A stretch of DNA of 64,000 nt from a bacterium (GCA_965249485.1 OZ252239.1:288001-352000); one strand, 5' to 3'. Counted from the stretch's first letter, positions 50,834 to 60,979 are shown. Notes: generated from the letters alone by a model not told the origin. Numbers and translations are program-made.

Positions 50834-51686
50834 CTACTTCTCCGCGGGCAACTTTAAGCGTATAATCTATAATCAATTTAGGGATATTGACTCTGGTCGT
50901 ATGGATAGAATTACGAAACTCCATCGTATAGTTGACTTCATTCACCAAAAAACCATCTTTTGTTTCGAGAAGGTCCACCGCAACGATACCACCGCCAACT
51001 GCTTTAGCAGCGCGGAGCGACAAGTCGCGTATCTCATCTGTGACCGGGCAGTTAGATGCTTCCGCCCCCCGAGCGGTGTTCGTTATCCAATGTTTTGATG
51101 TGCGGTAAATCGCTGCTATACACTCATCTCCCACTACAAAGCTTCTGATATCACGTCCTTTAACCTTATCGATATATTGCTGCACGTAAAATATTGAATG
51201 GTGATACGAGCCAAGAACTGTTTTATGTTCAAGAAGAGACTCAGCGGCGTCTCTGTCGTTGATTTTAGAGAGGAGCCTCCCCCACGAGCCCACCGCCGGT
51301 TTCATGACGACCGGGTAACCCATTTCCTCGATCGTTTTTAGTGTAGATTCTTCTGTGAACGCAATCCGAACCTCCGGCTGTGGAACATTATGAGCTGCCA
51401 ACGCATCTGAGGTAAGCAGTTTATCACCGCAGACCAAAGCAACGTTATAATTGTTCAGGCACCTGACACCCGCACTTTCGTAGAGTTTAATGGCATAGAG
51501 AGCTCGCGAATGATTAATGCACCGCTCAAGCACAACATCAAAGTCAAATGTGTCTTTACCAAGATTGAATGAGAGATCTCGTACATCGATCAATTCCAGT
51601 TCGACACCGCTGCGTGAACGGATCTCTTTCATGAGAAACTTCTCTTCTGGTCTTAAGACTGTATGTAAAAATCCAATTTTCATCAC
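50826..51686 (-). CDS. lysX: Alpha-aminoadipate--LysW ligase (ATP-grasp)
   Basis: [38 protein letters not shown]. Confidence 0.92.
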   Translation of the reverse strand: MMKIGFLHTVLRPEEKFLMKEIRSRSGVELELIDVRDLSFNLGKDTFDFDVVLERCINHSRALYAIKLYESAGVRCLNNYNVALVCGDKLLTSDALAAHNVPQPEVRIAFTEESTLKTIEEMGYPVVMKPAVGSWGRLLSKINDRDAAESLLEHKTVLGSYHHSIFYVQQYIDKVKGRDIRSFVVGDECIAAIYRTSKHWITNTARGAEASNCPVTDEIRDLSLRAAKAVGGGIVAVDLLETKDGFLVNEVNYTMEFRNSIHTTRVNIPKLIIDYTLKVARGEVDE

Positions 51687-51744
51687 ATTTCCGTTTTTTT
51701 CGGTAATTATAAAAACAATGGTGCTGTATGCACTGATTTGTAGG

Positions 51745-52926
51745 TTATTTTACGGGGGCAGATTCGATGAATGCTTCGTTTTCGTAATGATGCTTGCACC
51801 ATTCTACAATATAAGGAAGTTCGGACAATCCTACGGTTCTCCCTTTCTGGCCGATTGATTTCACCGTATCAAGCACCTTGGTTGCGAGCTCTTTATCAAA
51901 TTCTGCACCAATCTTTTCGAGAGCCCAGAATACCGAGGAAATCCCCGACATATGATCCAGGGCTATTTCGGTCTTTCTACCGAGTACAGCCGGGTCAAGG
52001 CTCTGGTAATGAAACGGGTCTTGTGTAGCTGCGTGTGTGTGGACTCCGGCACAATGGGTAAAAGCATTTTTACCCACAATCGGAAAATTATCAGGAATCG
52101 CTATCCCGGTATAGTTGCTGACCAATTCATACAGTTCCGGCAGTTTTTCAAGTTTCCATCTGCCGCTCATATCGAAATCGGTTGCCATAAGCATCAGGAG
52201 CTGAGCAAGGTCAACCAATCCTGCCCGTTCACCGATTCCGAGCACAGTAACATCAATAATTTCCGCACCTGCTCTGTAACCATCAAGTACGTTTGTCAGT
52301 GCAAAGCCACGGTCATTGTGACAATGCACGGCAATTTTTGGATTCAAATTTTTGGCGGCAAGGTCTGTCTTCAACCGAGCAACATAATCGTACATGCTCC
52401 GGTCGGTTCCCGGAATCATGTATCCAGTCGTGTCGGCAACACTGATAATATCCGCACCTGCCTCCACCGCTGCTGATGCTGCATCAATGACGTTCTGATA
52501 CTTTGATCTGACAGTGTCTTCCGGTGTGTAGCGGACAATCAGACCAGGTTTTTGCTCTTTTGCATAGGCAACTACTTTCACAATCTGGTCAATAGCCGCA
52601 CTTAATTTCTTTTTAAATACATTATCCAGCCGTTCGTCTTTAACGCAATAGAAGATCCCGATAAATCCCACACCGCAATCTAGTGCGAGATCAACATCTT
52701 CTTCCAACGAACGGGAGTGGGCACCCACAATCGCATTAAGATTTTTGTTTGCAATCATTTTGATCGCAGCATGAATTTCACGGCTGACGAGTGGATGTCC
52801 CGCTTCGATAATATTGATTCCAATCTCATCGAGCAAGTTTACTATTGCCAGTTTGACGTGTCCGTCAAAATAGACTCCGGGAGTCTGTTCACCCTCCCGT
52901 AATGTTGCATCCAGAACTTGCAGCAT
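51745..52926 (-). CDS. Homocitrate synthase-like DRE-TIM acyltransferase (true start ATG 52926)
   Basis: [39 protein letters not shown]; no C-terminal regulatory domain. Confidence 0.8.
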   Translation of the reverse strand: MLQVLDATLREGEQTPGVYFDGHVKLAIVNLLDEIGINIIEAGHPLVSREIHAAIKMIANKNLNAIVGAHSRSLEEDVDLALDCGVGFIGIFYCVKDERLDNVFKKKLSAAIDQIVKVVAYAKEQKPGLIVRYTPEDTVRSKYQNVIDAASAAVEAGADIISVADTTGYMIPGTDRSMYDYVARLKTDLAAKNLNPKIAVHCHNDRGFALTNVLDGYRAGAEIIDVTVLGIGERAGLVDLAQLLMLMATDFDMSGRWKLEKLPELYELVSNYTGIAIPDNFPIVGKNAFTHCAGVHTHAATQDPFHYQSLDPAVLGRKTEIALDHMSGISSVFWALEKIGAEFDKELATKVLDTVKSIGQKGRTVGLSELPYIVEWCKHHYENEAFIESAPVK

Positions 52927-52930
52927 TGAA

Positions 52931-53101
52931 TTATTCTCCCCAATCTTCTTCAGTCTGCGGAGCTTCCTGAAGTGAATAAGGATCGATACCAGCGACTTCC
53001 AGGTCTGTTCCACAGTCACCACACTCGATCAGCTCACCCCGCTCAGTATCGTCTGCAAGCTCAACATCGGCACCACACACAGGGCATTCTGCACTTGCCA
53101 T
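52931..53101 (-). CDS. lysW: Amino-group carrier protein LysW (56 aa), missed by the ORF track
   Basis: MASAECPVCGADVELADDTERGELIECGDCGTDLEVAGIDPYSLQEAPQTEEDWGE; two CxxC pairs and the EDWGE terminus. Confidence 0.97.
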   Translation of the reverse strand: MASAECPVCGADVELADDTERGELIECGDCGTDLEVAGIDPYSLQEAPQTEEDWGE

Positions 53102-53211
53102 GCTTCTCTTCCTTTCACTATATTTTGATCAGAAATAAACTTTTAAATATACATAAAATTTTGTATTTTTACAAATTCTAAATTAATCACACAGTTCCTT
53201 CGAATAACGGC

Positions 53212-53229
53212 TTTGCATAATATTGCAAT
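53212..53229. promoter_or_regulatory. ARG-box-like palindrome upstream of lysW
   Basis: TTTGCATAATATTGCAAT, close to the ArgR/AhrC consensus; lies between a minus-strand TTGACA (53283-53288) and lysW. Confidence 0.4.
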
Positions 53230-53432
53230 TTCGAAACATTTATGCTTATTATTCGTTATTAAATAACGTAAAATGCTACTTTTGTCAAACAATATTAATA
53301 TTTATTGTATTTTGACAAAATATTATTCACATTCGATTTCATCGCGTTATTGATGTTTCTGTCTGAGGAAATTCTCATATTTTTTTGCTCCGGAGGCACT
53401 GCTCTCATTTTAAGTAATGAAAGGTCCACTTT

Positions 53433-54578
53433 ATGGCAGTTATCAAAGGATTTAAAGGCTACCGGTATAATCAGGACAAAGTAAGCCCGCAAAATGTTAT
53501 CACGCCTCCTTATGATGTCATCGATTCCGATTACAAAGCACAACTAATAGCTTTATCACCGTACAATTTTGTGAATGTTATCCTCAACGACGACCATGTA
53601 AAATCAAACGAACTATTGAATTCAATGATTGAGAAAGGTGTCATCGTCCGGGATGGCAGCGATTCACTCTATGTGTATGAGCAGCAGTATTCGGCAAACA
53701 AGAAACATTACACGAGAACTGGATTTGTCTGTCTGCTGCAAATTGAGGAATTCGGAACCAACGTTTTACCTCATGAGCGCACGTTTGAGAAACATGTTGC
53801 TGACCGGTATGATCTAATGTGTAAAACGAAATCGGATGTCGGTCAGATTTTTCTCATTTATGAGGATGAGGAAAATGCGATTGACAGGCTGCTGGAGGAG
53901 CAAAAATCCCGCGCAGAAGATATTGAATACGTCGATCAGGATGAAAATGTCCACCGAATGTGGCGGATCAGTGATGAGGATATCATTTCTAAAATTATAT
54001 CAATAATGGATCCCAAAGTACTCCTCATTGCGGACGGCCATCACCGCTACAAGACCGCGGTTAAATACAATAAGGAGAACAGCAGTAAAACGCATGTCAT
54101 GACTACACTCGTCAATGCATATAATGAAGGACTTGTTATCCTTCCTACAAACAGGATTTTGAATATTACTTTTGATATCAACACTCTGAATGATCACTTC
54201 GATATTGAGCCGTTGGATTCGTTTGATTTTGAGCCAATACCACGCTCGTTTGTTGTGGCCAATCCATCCGAAAAGCACAGAGTCACCCTGAAAGAGGGGT
54301 ACGATAACGAGCTCGATGTTGTGATTCTGCACGATCTTATTTTTGATAAAATTCTGACTCTCACCGAAGAACAATTAACACAACCGAATATAGAGCTTGT
54401 CAAGGGTAATGAATTGACAATTCAGAAAATCGCAAACGGAAAGACGGTATTTTTCGTGAATCCACCCTCACTAAAACAAACATTCGAAATTGCGAATTCA
54501 GACAGAGTTTTGCCTCAGAAATCGACCTTCTTTTATCCGAAGGTGTTTTCGGGCTTAGTATTTAACAGATGGGAGTAA
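53433..54578 (+). CDS. DUF1015 family protein
   Basis: PPYDVI, PHERT, IADGHHRY, LPQKSTFFYPK. Confidence 0.9.
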   Translation: MAVIKGFKGYRYNQDKVSPQNVITPPYDVIDSDYKAQLIALSPYNFVNVILNDDHVKSNELLNSMIEKGVIVRDGSDSLYVYEQQYSANKKHYTRTGFVCLLQIEEFGTNVLPHERTFEKHVADRYDLMCKTKSDVGQIFLIYEDEENAIDRLLEEQKSRAEDIEYVDQDENVHRMWRISDEDIISKIISIMDPKVLLIADGHHRYKTAVKYNKENSSKTHVMTTLVNAYNEGLVILPTNRILNITFDINTLNDHFDIEPLDSFDFEPIPRSFVVANPSEKHRVTLKEGYDNELDVVILHDLIFDKILTLTEEQLTQPNIELVKGNELTIQKIANGKTVFFVNPPSLKQTFEIANSDRVLPQKSTFFYPKVFSGLVFNRWE

Positions 54579-54582
54579 TACT

Positions 54583-55668
54583 ATGGCGAACAAACTATTT
54601 ATCCCGGGACCTGTAGAGGTAGGTAAAGAGGTTCTCGAGGCAATGTCGGGGCCGCAGATCGGCCACCGGACACCCGAATTCAAAGAATTGTTCGGTAGCT
54701 TAAGACCGGGACTGCAGAAGCTGCTCTTCACCGTAGGCGATATACTGATCTCCACGTCCACCGGATCCGGATTTTGGGAAGCCGCTATACGGTGCTGCGT
54801 CGGAACGAAGGCGCTTCATGCTGTGAACGGTGCATTTTCTAAAAAATGGTCAACTATTTCCGAAAGCTGCGGCCGTCAGGTAGAGCGAATCACGTACGAT
54901 TTCGGAAAAGGTGTTAAAGCAGACGATGTCGATAAAGCATTGTCGCAGGGTGGTTTCGATGCATTCTGCATAGTCCACAACGAAACATCCACCGGTGTTG
55001 CATCAGATCTTGCAACTATTTCCGAAGTCATGAGGCAGTATCCGGATGTTCTTTTTCTGGTCGATGCCGTTTCTTCATTGTCGGGCATGAAAATTGAAGT
55101 CGATAAACTTGGAATCGACATGTGCCTTGCCTCGACACAGAAAGCGCTTGCAATACCTCCGGGACTTGCTGTGTGTACAGTAAGTGAGCGGGCGTATGAG
55201 CGGGCAAAAACGATCGAAGGCAGAGGATATTATTTCGATATTCTCGAACTGAAAAAAGCCTATGATGGTGATCAAACACCGTATACTGCATCGATACCGC
55301 ATTTGTACGCTCTTCAGAAGCGTCTCGAACTCATCGAGCAGGAAGGTATCGAGAACAGATTTAAACGACATACAGAAATGGCCGAATTCGTCCGTGGATG
55401 GGCAGCCGGACAAGGATTTGAACCGTTCCCTGAAGAAGGTTGTCTGTCAGATACGGTCGGCTGTTTCATTAACACGAAAGATGTGAATTTTGCCGACATC
55501 AAAAAAGATTTACGCTCCAAAGGGTATTCCGTCGACTCCGGTTACGGAAATCTCAACAAAAAATTGCTTGAAGAGGGTAAACCGCAGACGTTCAGAATCC
55601 CCACGATGGGAGATATTACAATCGATGACTTAAAAGAGTATACGGCAAAGCTCGAAGAATATTTTTAA
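54583..55668 (+). CDS. Class V PLP aminotransferase (alanine-glyoxylate/serine-pyruvate type; candidate phosphoserine aminotransferase)
   Basis: FIPGP, HNETSTG, VDAVSS, STQKAL. Confidence 0.85.
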   Translation: MANKLFIPGPVEVGKEVLEAMSGPQIGHRTPEFKELFGSLRPGLQKLLFTVGDILISTSTGSGFWEAAIRCCVGTKALHAVNGAFSKKWSTISESCGRQVERITYDFGKGVKADDVDKALSQGGFDAFCIVHNETSTGVASDLATISEVMRQYPDVLFLVDAVSSLSGMKIEVDKLGIDMCLASTQKALAIPPGLAVCTVSERAYERAKTIEGRGYYFDILELKKAYDGDQTPYTASIPHLYALQKRLELIEQEGIENRFKRHTEMAEFVRGWAAGQGFEPFPEEGCLSDTVGCFINTKDVNFADIKKDLRSKGYSVDSGYGNLNKKLLEEGKPQTFRIPTMGDITIDDLKEYTAKLEEYF

Positions 55669-55680
55669 TAAGGAAGAGCT

Positions 55681-56874
55681 ATGAAGGTAACGATTCCCGA
55701 TACGGTCAGCAAAACGGCTGCCTCGACATTCGAAAATACGGGGTTTTTCGTAACACAAAAACCCGGCATTGAGATTGATGAGTGCAGCGAGCTGAGCAAA
55801 GATGCAGATGCAGTAGTTGTTCGGAGTTACAAGCTTCACGATCTGGTATTCGGCGAATCACTTAAGGCAATCGGTCGAGCAGGAGCAGGCGTCAATAACA
55901 TTCCCGTTGATAAATGTACCGATCAGGGTGTGGTTGTTTTCAATACACCTGGAGCAAACGCAAATGGCGTAAAAGAGTTAATATTCTGCGGTATGTTCCT
56001 CGCCGCGCGAAAGATAGTCAGCGGTATAAACTGGACTTCCACGATTAAGGATACCGGAAGTGAGGTGCCAAAGCTGATTGAAAAAAACAAAAGCCTTTTC
56101 AAAGGGACCGAAATCAAGGGAAAAAATCTTGGGGTCATCGGTCTGGGCGCAATCGGCATGCTCACCGCGAATGATGCGAATGCACTTGGGATGAATGTTT
56201 CAGCGTATACCCGGTCATTTTCAAATGATAAGAGGAAAAATTTATCTCCGGGAATCAAAACAGTCGAAACAATTGAAGAACTGCTGCCTGATTCGGATTT
56301 TCTTTCAATCAATATTGCTGTAAACAGCCAAACTGAAGGCTTGTTCAATGAAGATATGTTTACAAAAATGAAACCGGGAGTTAAGATCATTAATTTTGCC
56401 CGGAACGAGCTGGTTAATACGGACGATCTCCTTGCAGCGATTCAATCGGGAATTGTGTCCTCGTATGTCACCGATTTTCCCAGTGCGGCATTAATCGATG
56501 TTGAAAACGTTATCGCAATTCCCCATCTTGGCGCATCAACCGCTGAGGCAGAAGAGAACTGTGCGGTTATGGTTTCGGACCAAATCGTCGATTACCTCAT
56601 AAACGGGAATATTGTCAATTCGGTAAACTTTCCTGACTGTTCGTTGGAACGCAGCGGAGAAAACAGAGTTGCCGTTTTTTCTAATAGTGACGGCGCTGCT
56701 TCAGGGGCAATAAAAGCGCTCCTGAACGAATCATCAGTAACGGTTAATGACACCGTTTCCGAGAGACCCGGCAATATTATGTATATGCTAATAGATACGG
56801 CTGATTCGCTTTCCGAGGATGTGATGCAAAAACTCAGTGGACTCAACGGTATCGTAACGGTACGGCGGATTTAG
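55681..56874 (+). CDS. serA: D-3-phosphoglycerate dehydrogenase-like protein, copy 1
   Basis: RAGAGVNN, NTPGANA, GLGAIG, PHLGAST; degenerate ACT domain. Confidence 0.8.
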   Translation: MKVTIPDTVSKTAASTFENTGFFVTQKPGIEIDECSELSKDADAVVVRSYKLHDLVFGESLKAIGRAGAGVNNIPVDKCTDQGVVVFNTPGANANGVKELIFCGMFLAARKIVSGINWTSTIKDTGSEVPKLIEKNKSLFKGTEIKGKNLGVIGLGAIGMLTANDANALGMNVSAYTRSFSNDKRKNLSPGIKTVETIEELLPDSDFLSINIAVNSQTEGLFNEDMFTKMKPGVKIINFARNELVNTDDLLAAIQSGIVSSYVTDFPSAALIDVENVIAIPHLGASTAEAEENCAVMVSDQIVDYLINGNIVNSVNFPDCSLERSGENRVAVFSNSDGAASGAIKALLNESSVTVNDTVSERPGNIMYMLIDTADSLSEDVMQKLSGLNGIVTVRRI

Positions 56875-57224
56875 GACAATGCCACAGAAGTGCTTCAATG
56901 TCGGTTCTCTCAATACTACCTTTGCTGAGAGCCGGATTCTGTTGATTTCTCTACCGTGTTTTTCCTTCGAAAAGGTTCGCATTCATACGAGTTAGCCTCC
57001 TACAACATAGTACTCTACTATTTCCCCCAATTTTTACACTCGATTCTTACAAAATAAATTTGTACATTAAGTGTTTCAATTTCGTCATTTATCCGATCAC
57101 ACCCGAGCCCGTGACACAATCATCAACCAGCCGGTCACCCGCTCCGGTCAATCTCTATTATAATTTTTTTCAGAAATATGATTGAATTGCTAAAAGACAT
57201 GAAAGGCGTTATACCAAAAACAAA

Positions 57225-58436
57225 ATGGCAGGTACCACAATGAAAATCGTAATTCCCGATAAGGTGAGCAAGACTTCCGCAAAATTGTTCACTGATGCTC
57301 AGTTCGATGTTACACACAAAGCAGGTATTGACATCAAAGATTGTTCTAAGCTTTCAATAAATGCAGACGGCATTGTCGTCAGAAGTTACAATCTTCATGC
57401 ATTGGAAATTTCATCATCATTGAAAGCAATCGGGAGAGCTGGTTCAGGTGTCAACAATATTCCCGTAAATACCTGTACCGAGAAAGGCATCGTTGTCTTT
57501 AACACGCCCGGTGCAAATGCAAATGCAGTGAAGGAACTGGTATTGTGCGGGCTGCTGATGTCCTCGAGAAATGTGGTTGCCGGCGTGAATTGGCTTGATA
57601 CATTAAGAGAGACTGATCAAGACACCGTTCAGCTTGTCGAGAAGAATAAAAGTATGTTCAAGGGCTCCGAGATTATGGGGAAGAGACTCGGTGTAATCGG
57701 ATTGGGATCAATTGGAATGCTGGTTGCCAATGCGGCAGAATCGCTCGGTATGTCTGTTACAGGATACGACCCATTTATATCGGTAGACAATGCCTGGCAG
57801 CTTTCAAGTACCGTTAAAAAAGCCGACGAATTGAATTCATTGCTTGCAGAGTCTGACTTTTTGTCACTTCATGTTCCGCTCAATGATTCGACAAAAGGGT
57901 TTTTGAATAAAAAGCTCTTTTCAAAGATGAAAAAAGGGATTAGGGTCATGAATTTTTCCCGGGGCGAACTTGTTGATGGAAAAGACCTCGTGAAAGCGCT
58001 CGATAACGATATCGTGATCAAATATGTAACCGATTTTCCGTCAAAGGAACTACTCGGAATAAAGAATGTTGTCTGTGTACCACATCTCGGGGCATCGACC
58101 GCTGAAGCGGAAGAAAACTGTGCTGTCATGGTATCAAATCAGATGATCGATTTTATGAAAAACGGAAACATCAAGCATTCGGTTAATTTTCCCAACTGCA
58201 CTCTCGACAGAAACGGTGAAACGCGTTTGATCATTATTAATCAGAATATCCCGGCGATGATTGAGAAAATAACGAGGATCATTGCAGAAGAGAAGCTCAA
58301 TATCACAGAAATGATCAACAAGAGCCGCGGTGACATCGCGTATAACATTGTCGATGTGAGCGGATCGATTACCGAAGGGGCACTCAAGAAAATCGGCGAA
58401 GCCGAAGGGATTATACGGGTTCGAAAGATCGCGTAA
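57225..58436 (+). CDS. serA: D-3-phosphoglycerate dehydrogenase, copy 2 (start may be ATG 57240)
   Basis: GLGSIG..GYDPF, PHLGAST, ACT domain NQNIPAMI...NKSRGDIAY. Confidence 0.88.
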   Translation: MAGTTMKIVIPDKVSKTSAKLFTDAQFDVTHKAGIDIKDCSKLSINADGIVVRSYNLHALEISSSLKAIGRAGSGVNNIPVNTCTEKGIVVFNTPGANANAVKELVLCGLLMSSRNVVAGVNWLDTLRETDQDTVQLVEKNKSMFKGSEIMGKRLGVIGLGSIGMLVANAAESLGMSVTGYDPFISVDNAWQLSSTVKKADELNSLLAESDFLSLHVPLNDSTKGFLNKKLFSKMKKGIRVMNFSRGELVDGKDLVKALDNDIVIKYVTDFPSKELLGIKNVVCVPHLGASTAEAEENCAVMVSNQMIDFMKNGNIKHSVNFPNCTLDRNGETRLIIINQNIPAMIEKITRIIAEEKLNITEMINKSRGDIAYNIVDVSGSITEGALKKIGEAEGIIRVRKIA

Positions 58437-58456
58437 AACGAATATAACGTTTGAAC

Positions 58457-58489
58457 ATAAGAGGCGGGTTTTATACCCGCCTTTTTTAT
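58457..58489. terminator. Rho-independent terminator after serA2 (probably bidirectional)
   Basis: AGGCGGGT-tttat-ACCCGCCT followed by a T-run. Confidence 0.85.
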
Positions 58490-58524
58490 TGTGATTACTG
58501 CACGTTTAGTTTGATAAATATTAT

Positions 58525-60531
58525 TTACTTTTCACGAAGCGGGCCGGAGCTCACTCGGTAGAGCGTATAGATGACTGCCGCAAGAAGTATAAGTGCAACA
58601 ACACTCATATTGTGAACTCCAAAGAGTGCAAGAACTTCGCTGCTGCCATACACGACAATCGGGATTGCCATAAGTATTCCGACCAGTGCTTCACCTGTGA
58701 TAAGCCCTGCGGCAAAGAGAAGTCCACGACGTTGACCGGTTGATTTGGCAGTCCGTATCTTTTCAATTTTGGATACTTCGACTTCTGATTCTCTGGTGTT
58801 GAACCGTCGTCCAACCAACCAGGCAATAATCCCTCCAATTAAAATCGGCACTTCTAGTTCAAACGGAAGATAAATACCGACGGCCACCGCAAGAACCGGC
58901 GTTCTGAATTCACTGCCACGTTTTTCGAGCCAGAGGTCTAACAAAATAACCAATACAGCAACACCCATACCCATTGTTACGAGACCCCACGGAAGTTCTC
59001 CTCTGAAAACACCTTGTGCAACCGATGCCATGAGTGTAGCCTGCGGTGCTGCCAGCGGATTGGGATGTTCCGGTGTCGGCACACCGAGACCATAGGCATT
59101 TAAAAGGAGTGTCAGAATTGGTGCCATAACAAGTGCTGCTGCCCCAACACCGACGGCCTGCATGATCTGCTGTTTAAAAGGAGTTGCGCCGAGAATATGT
59201 CCTGCCTTTAAGTCCTGCATATTGTCACCGGCGATTGCCGCACCACAGCAGACAACTGCCCCGATGAAGATTGCAGCAGCGGGACCGATCAAGCTTTCAG
59301 GTCCCATTAAAAGTACCAGAAGCAGTGATGAAAATAAAATTGTTGCTATGGTAACACCCGAGGTCGGGTTGTTTGAAGATCCCACAAGCCCTGCCATATA
59401 TGCAGCAACTGAGGAGAAGAGAAATCCAGCTATCAGCATGATGATAGCCATGATCGCCGAAATAAATACGCTCCCCGTAAAATAGTTAAATATGAAAAAA
59501 AGTGGGATTACCAGAATGAGGAGGGCAGTACCTACCCATTGCATCGGGACATCACGATCCATCCGTTTTAATTCCGAAGCACCGCCTTCTTTGATTTTTT
59601 TATATGAATCAACGCCCGATTTAATTCCGCTTACCAAGCTTGTGCGCAACCGAAGTAGCGCCCAGAGACCTCCGACTACCATTGCTCCGACACCGAGATA
59701 TCGTGTCTGTTCCGACCACATCTGACCAGCCGCAGCACCAGCTTCCACTCCTTCCGGGATTCCTTGCATAGCAGACAAGATCGGTATAAAAATCCACCAA
59801 TTGATTGCACCGCCAATAAATATCAGAACTGCGATGTTTAAACCTACAATATAACCGACACCCAGGAGTGCCGGAGATAAATTGGTTCCGATATAGGCAA
59901 TTGAACTGCCTGCATACCTCGCATGCTCAACAACACCCTCCCATAAGCGAAGGCCTGTTTCACTGAATTTAAACATAGCTCCAATTAATCCTGCCCAGGC
60001 TATATATTTTACTTCGTCGCCTCCCTTATCTCCCACTATCAGCACCTCTGCTGTTGCAATTCCTTCCGGAAACTTTAAAGGATTTTCGATGATGAGCGCT
60101 CTGCGGAGTGGAATTGTGAATAATACACCAAGCACACCTCCGAATCCGGCAATCATGGTGGTTTCCCAATAATCAAATTGAGTCCAGGCATTTAAAAACA
60201 ACAATGCCGGTATTGTAAAAATGACACCGGCTGCAAGGCTTTCACCGGCAGATGCAGCAGTTTGAACAATATTATTTTCTAACGTATTTGAGCTTTTAGA
60301 TATGCGCATTGCAACAAATAGACGCAGGACTGCCATAGAAATAACCGCGGCAGGAATCGATGCGGAAACGGTCATCCCGGCAAAGAGTCCCAGGTACGCA
60401 TTCGCTGCACCGAGAATGACCGACAGAATCATCCCCAGGATAATCGCTTTGATGGTAATTTCAGGCAGTATAGTCGAAGCAGGAATGTACGGTTTATGAT
60501 CAGAATCGTTAAGTGGGGAATCGTTAGCCAT
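58525..60531 (-). CDS. Oligopeptide transporter, OPT family
   Basis: ANAYLGL, ENNIVQT, FPEG, SNNPTSG, QDLKAG, APQATLM. Confidence 0.92.
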   Translation of the reverse strand: MANDSPLNDSDHKPYIPASTILPEITIKAIILGMILSVILGAANAYLGLFAGMTVSASIPAAVISMAVLRLFVAMRISKSSNTLENNIVQTAASAGESLAAGVIFTIPALLFLNAWTQFDYWETTMIAGFGGVLGVLFTIPLRRALIIENPLKFPEGIATAEVLIVGDKGGDEVKYIAWAGLIGAMFKFSETGLRLWEGVVEHARYAGSSIAYIGTNLSPALLGVGYIVGLNIAVLIFIGGAINWWIFIPILSAMQGIPEGVEAGAAAGQMWSEQTRYLGVGAMVVGGLWALLRLRTSLVSGIKSGVDSYKKIKEGGASELKRMDRDVPMQWVGTALLILVIPLFFIFNYFTGSVFISAIMAIIMLIAGFLFSSVAAYMAGLVGSSNNPTSGVTIATILFSSLLLVLLMGPESLIGPAAAIFIGAVVCCGAAIAGDNMQDLKAGHILGATPFKQQIMQAVGVGAAALVMAPILTLLLNAYGLGVPTPEHPNPLAAPQATLMASVAQGVFRGELPWGLVTMGMGVAVLVILLDLWLEKRGSEFRTPVLAVAVGIYLPFELEVPILIGGIIAWLVGRRFNTRESEVEVSKIEKIRTAKSTGQRRGLLFAAGLITGEALVGILMAIPIVVYGSSEVLALFGVHNMSVVALILLAAVIYTLYRVSSGPLREK

Positions 60532-60700
60532 GAATACCTCCTAATGAGAGAAAAGATCAGGTAATAATACACTCAATGAAGTGAGCGCAGTCATCAATAG
60601 CGGTACAGTATAACGAATGGTTTTTTAATTTTTTTGCTTGTGAAATATACAAAACACGCATGGAGTGCACAAGGAAAAAGGGAGAAAATACAGGGAATCC

Positions 60701-60979
60701 TTAGTGAGCAGCATTCCCGTTATGTTCTATAATCCATTTTTGGAGGGCCGAAGCAAAGCGGTCAGGTTTCTGCTTTGCAATGAGGGTAAGCGTGTCTTTC
60801 TTCTTTTCACGCTTTTTTGTTTCTTTTCCGACCTGTTCTTTGAGCAGGCGTGTTTCTCGCTCCAGATCAAATGAATGCCGGTAATGTTTTTTTCGTTTGG
60901 CGGACGGTATACGAACACCGGCACCGATAATAAATAGTATACCGTAGATTGCTAAACAGAAAATCAATATTTTCAACAT
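60701..60979 (-). CDS. Small membrane protein with a FliF-C-terminus-like tail
   Basis: N-terminal TM helix, basic/charged helix, IAKQKPDRFASALQKWI. Confidence 0.55.
   Translation of the reverse strand: MLKILIFCLAIYGILFIIGAGVRIPSAKRKKHYRHSFDLERETRLLKEQVGKETKKREKKKDTLTLIAKQKPDRFASALQKWIIEHNGNAAH

Noticed and set aside
52927..53022. N-terminal extension of the 425-aa synthase ORF
   Set aside because: It is an alternative frame overlapping lysW; the family-like sequence begins at [12 protein letters not shown] (52926)
53102..53280. Lysine riboswitch or Lys-rich leader peptide before lysW
   Set aside because: Region is AT-rich and lacks the conserved aptamer elements or a convincing leader ORF
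56880..56945. Stem-loop between the serA copies as an ncRNA or riboswitch
   Set aside because: Imperfect hairpin with no family signature or U-tract; at most a stabilising or terminating structure
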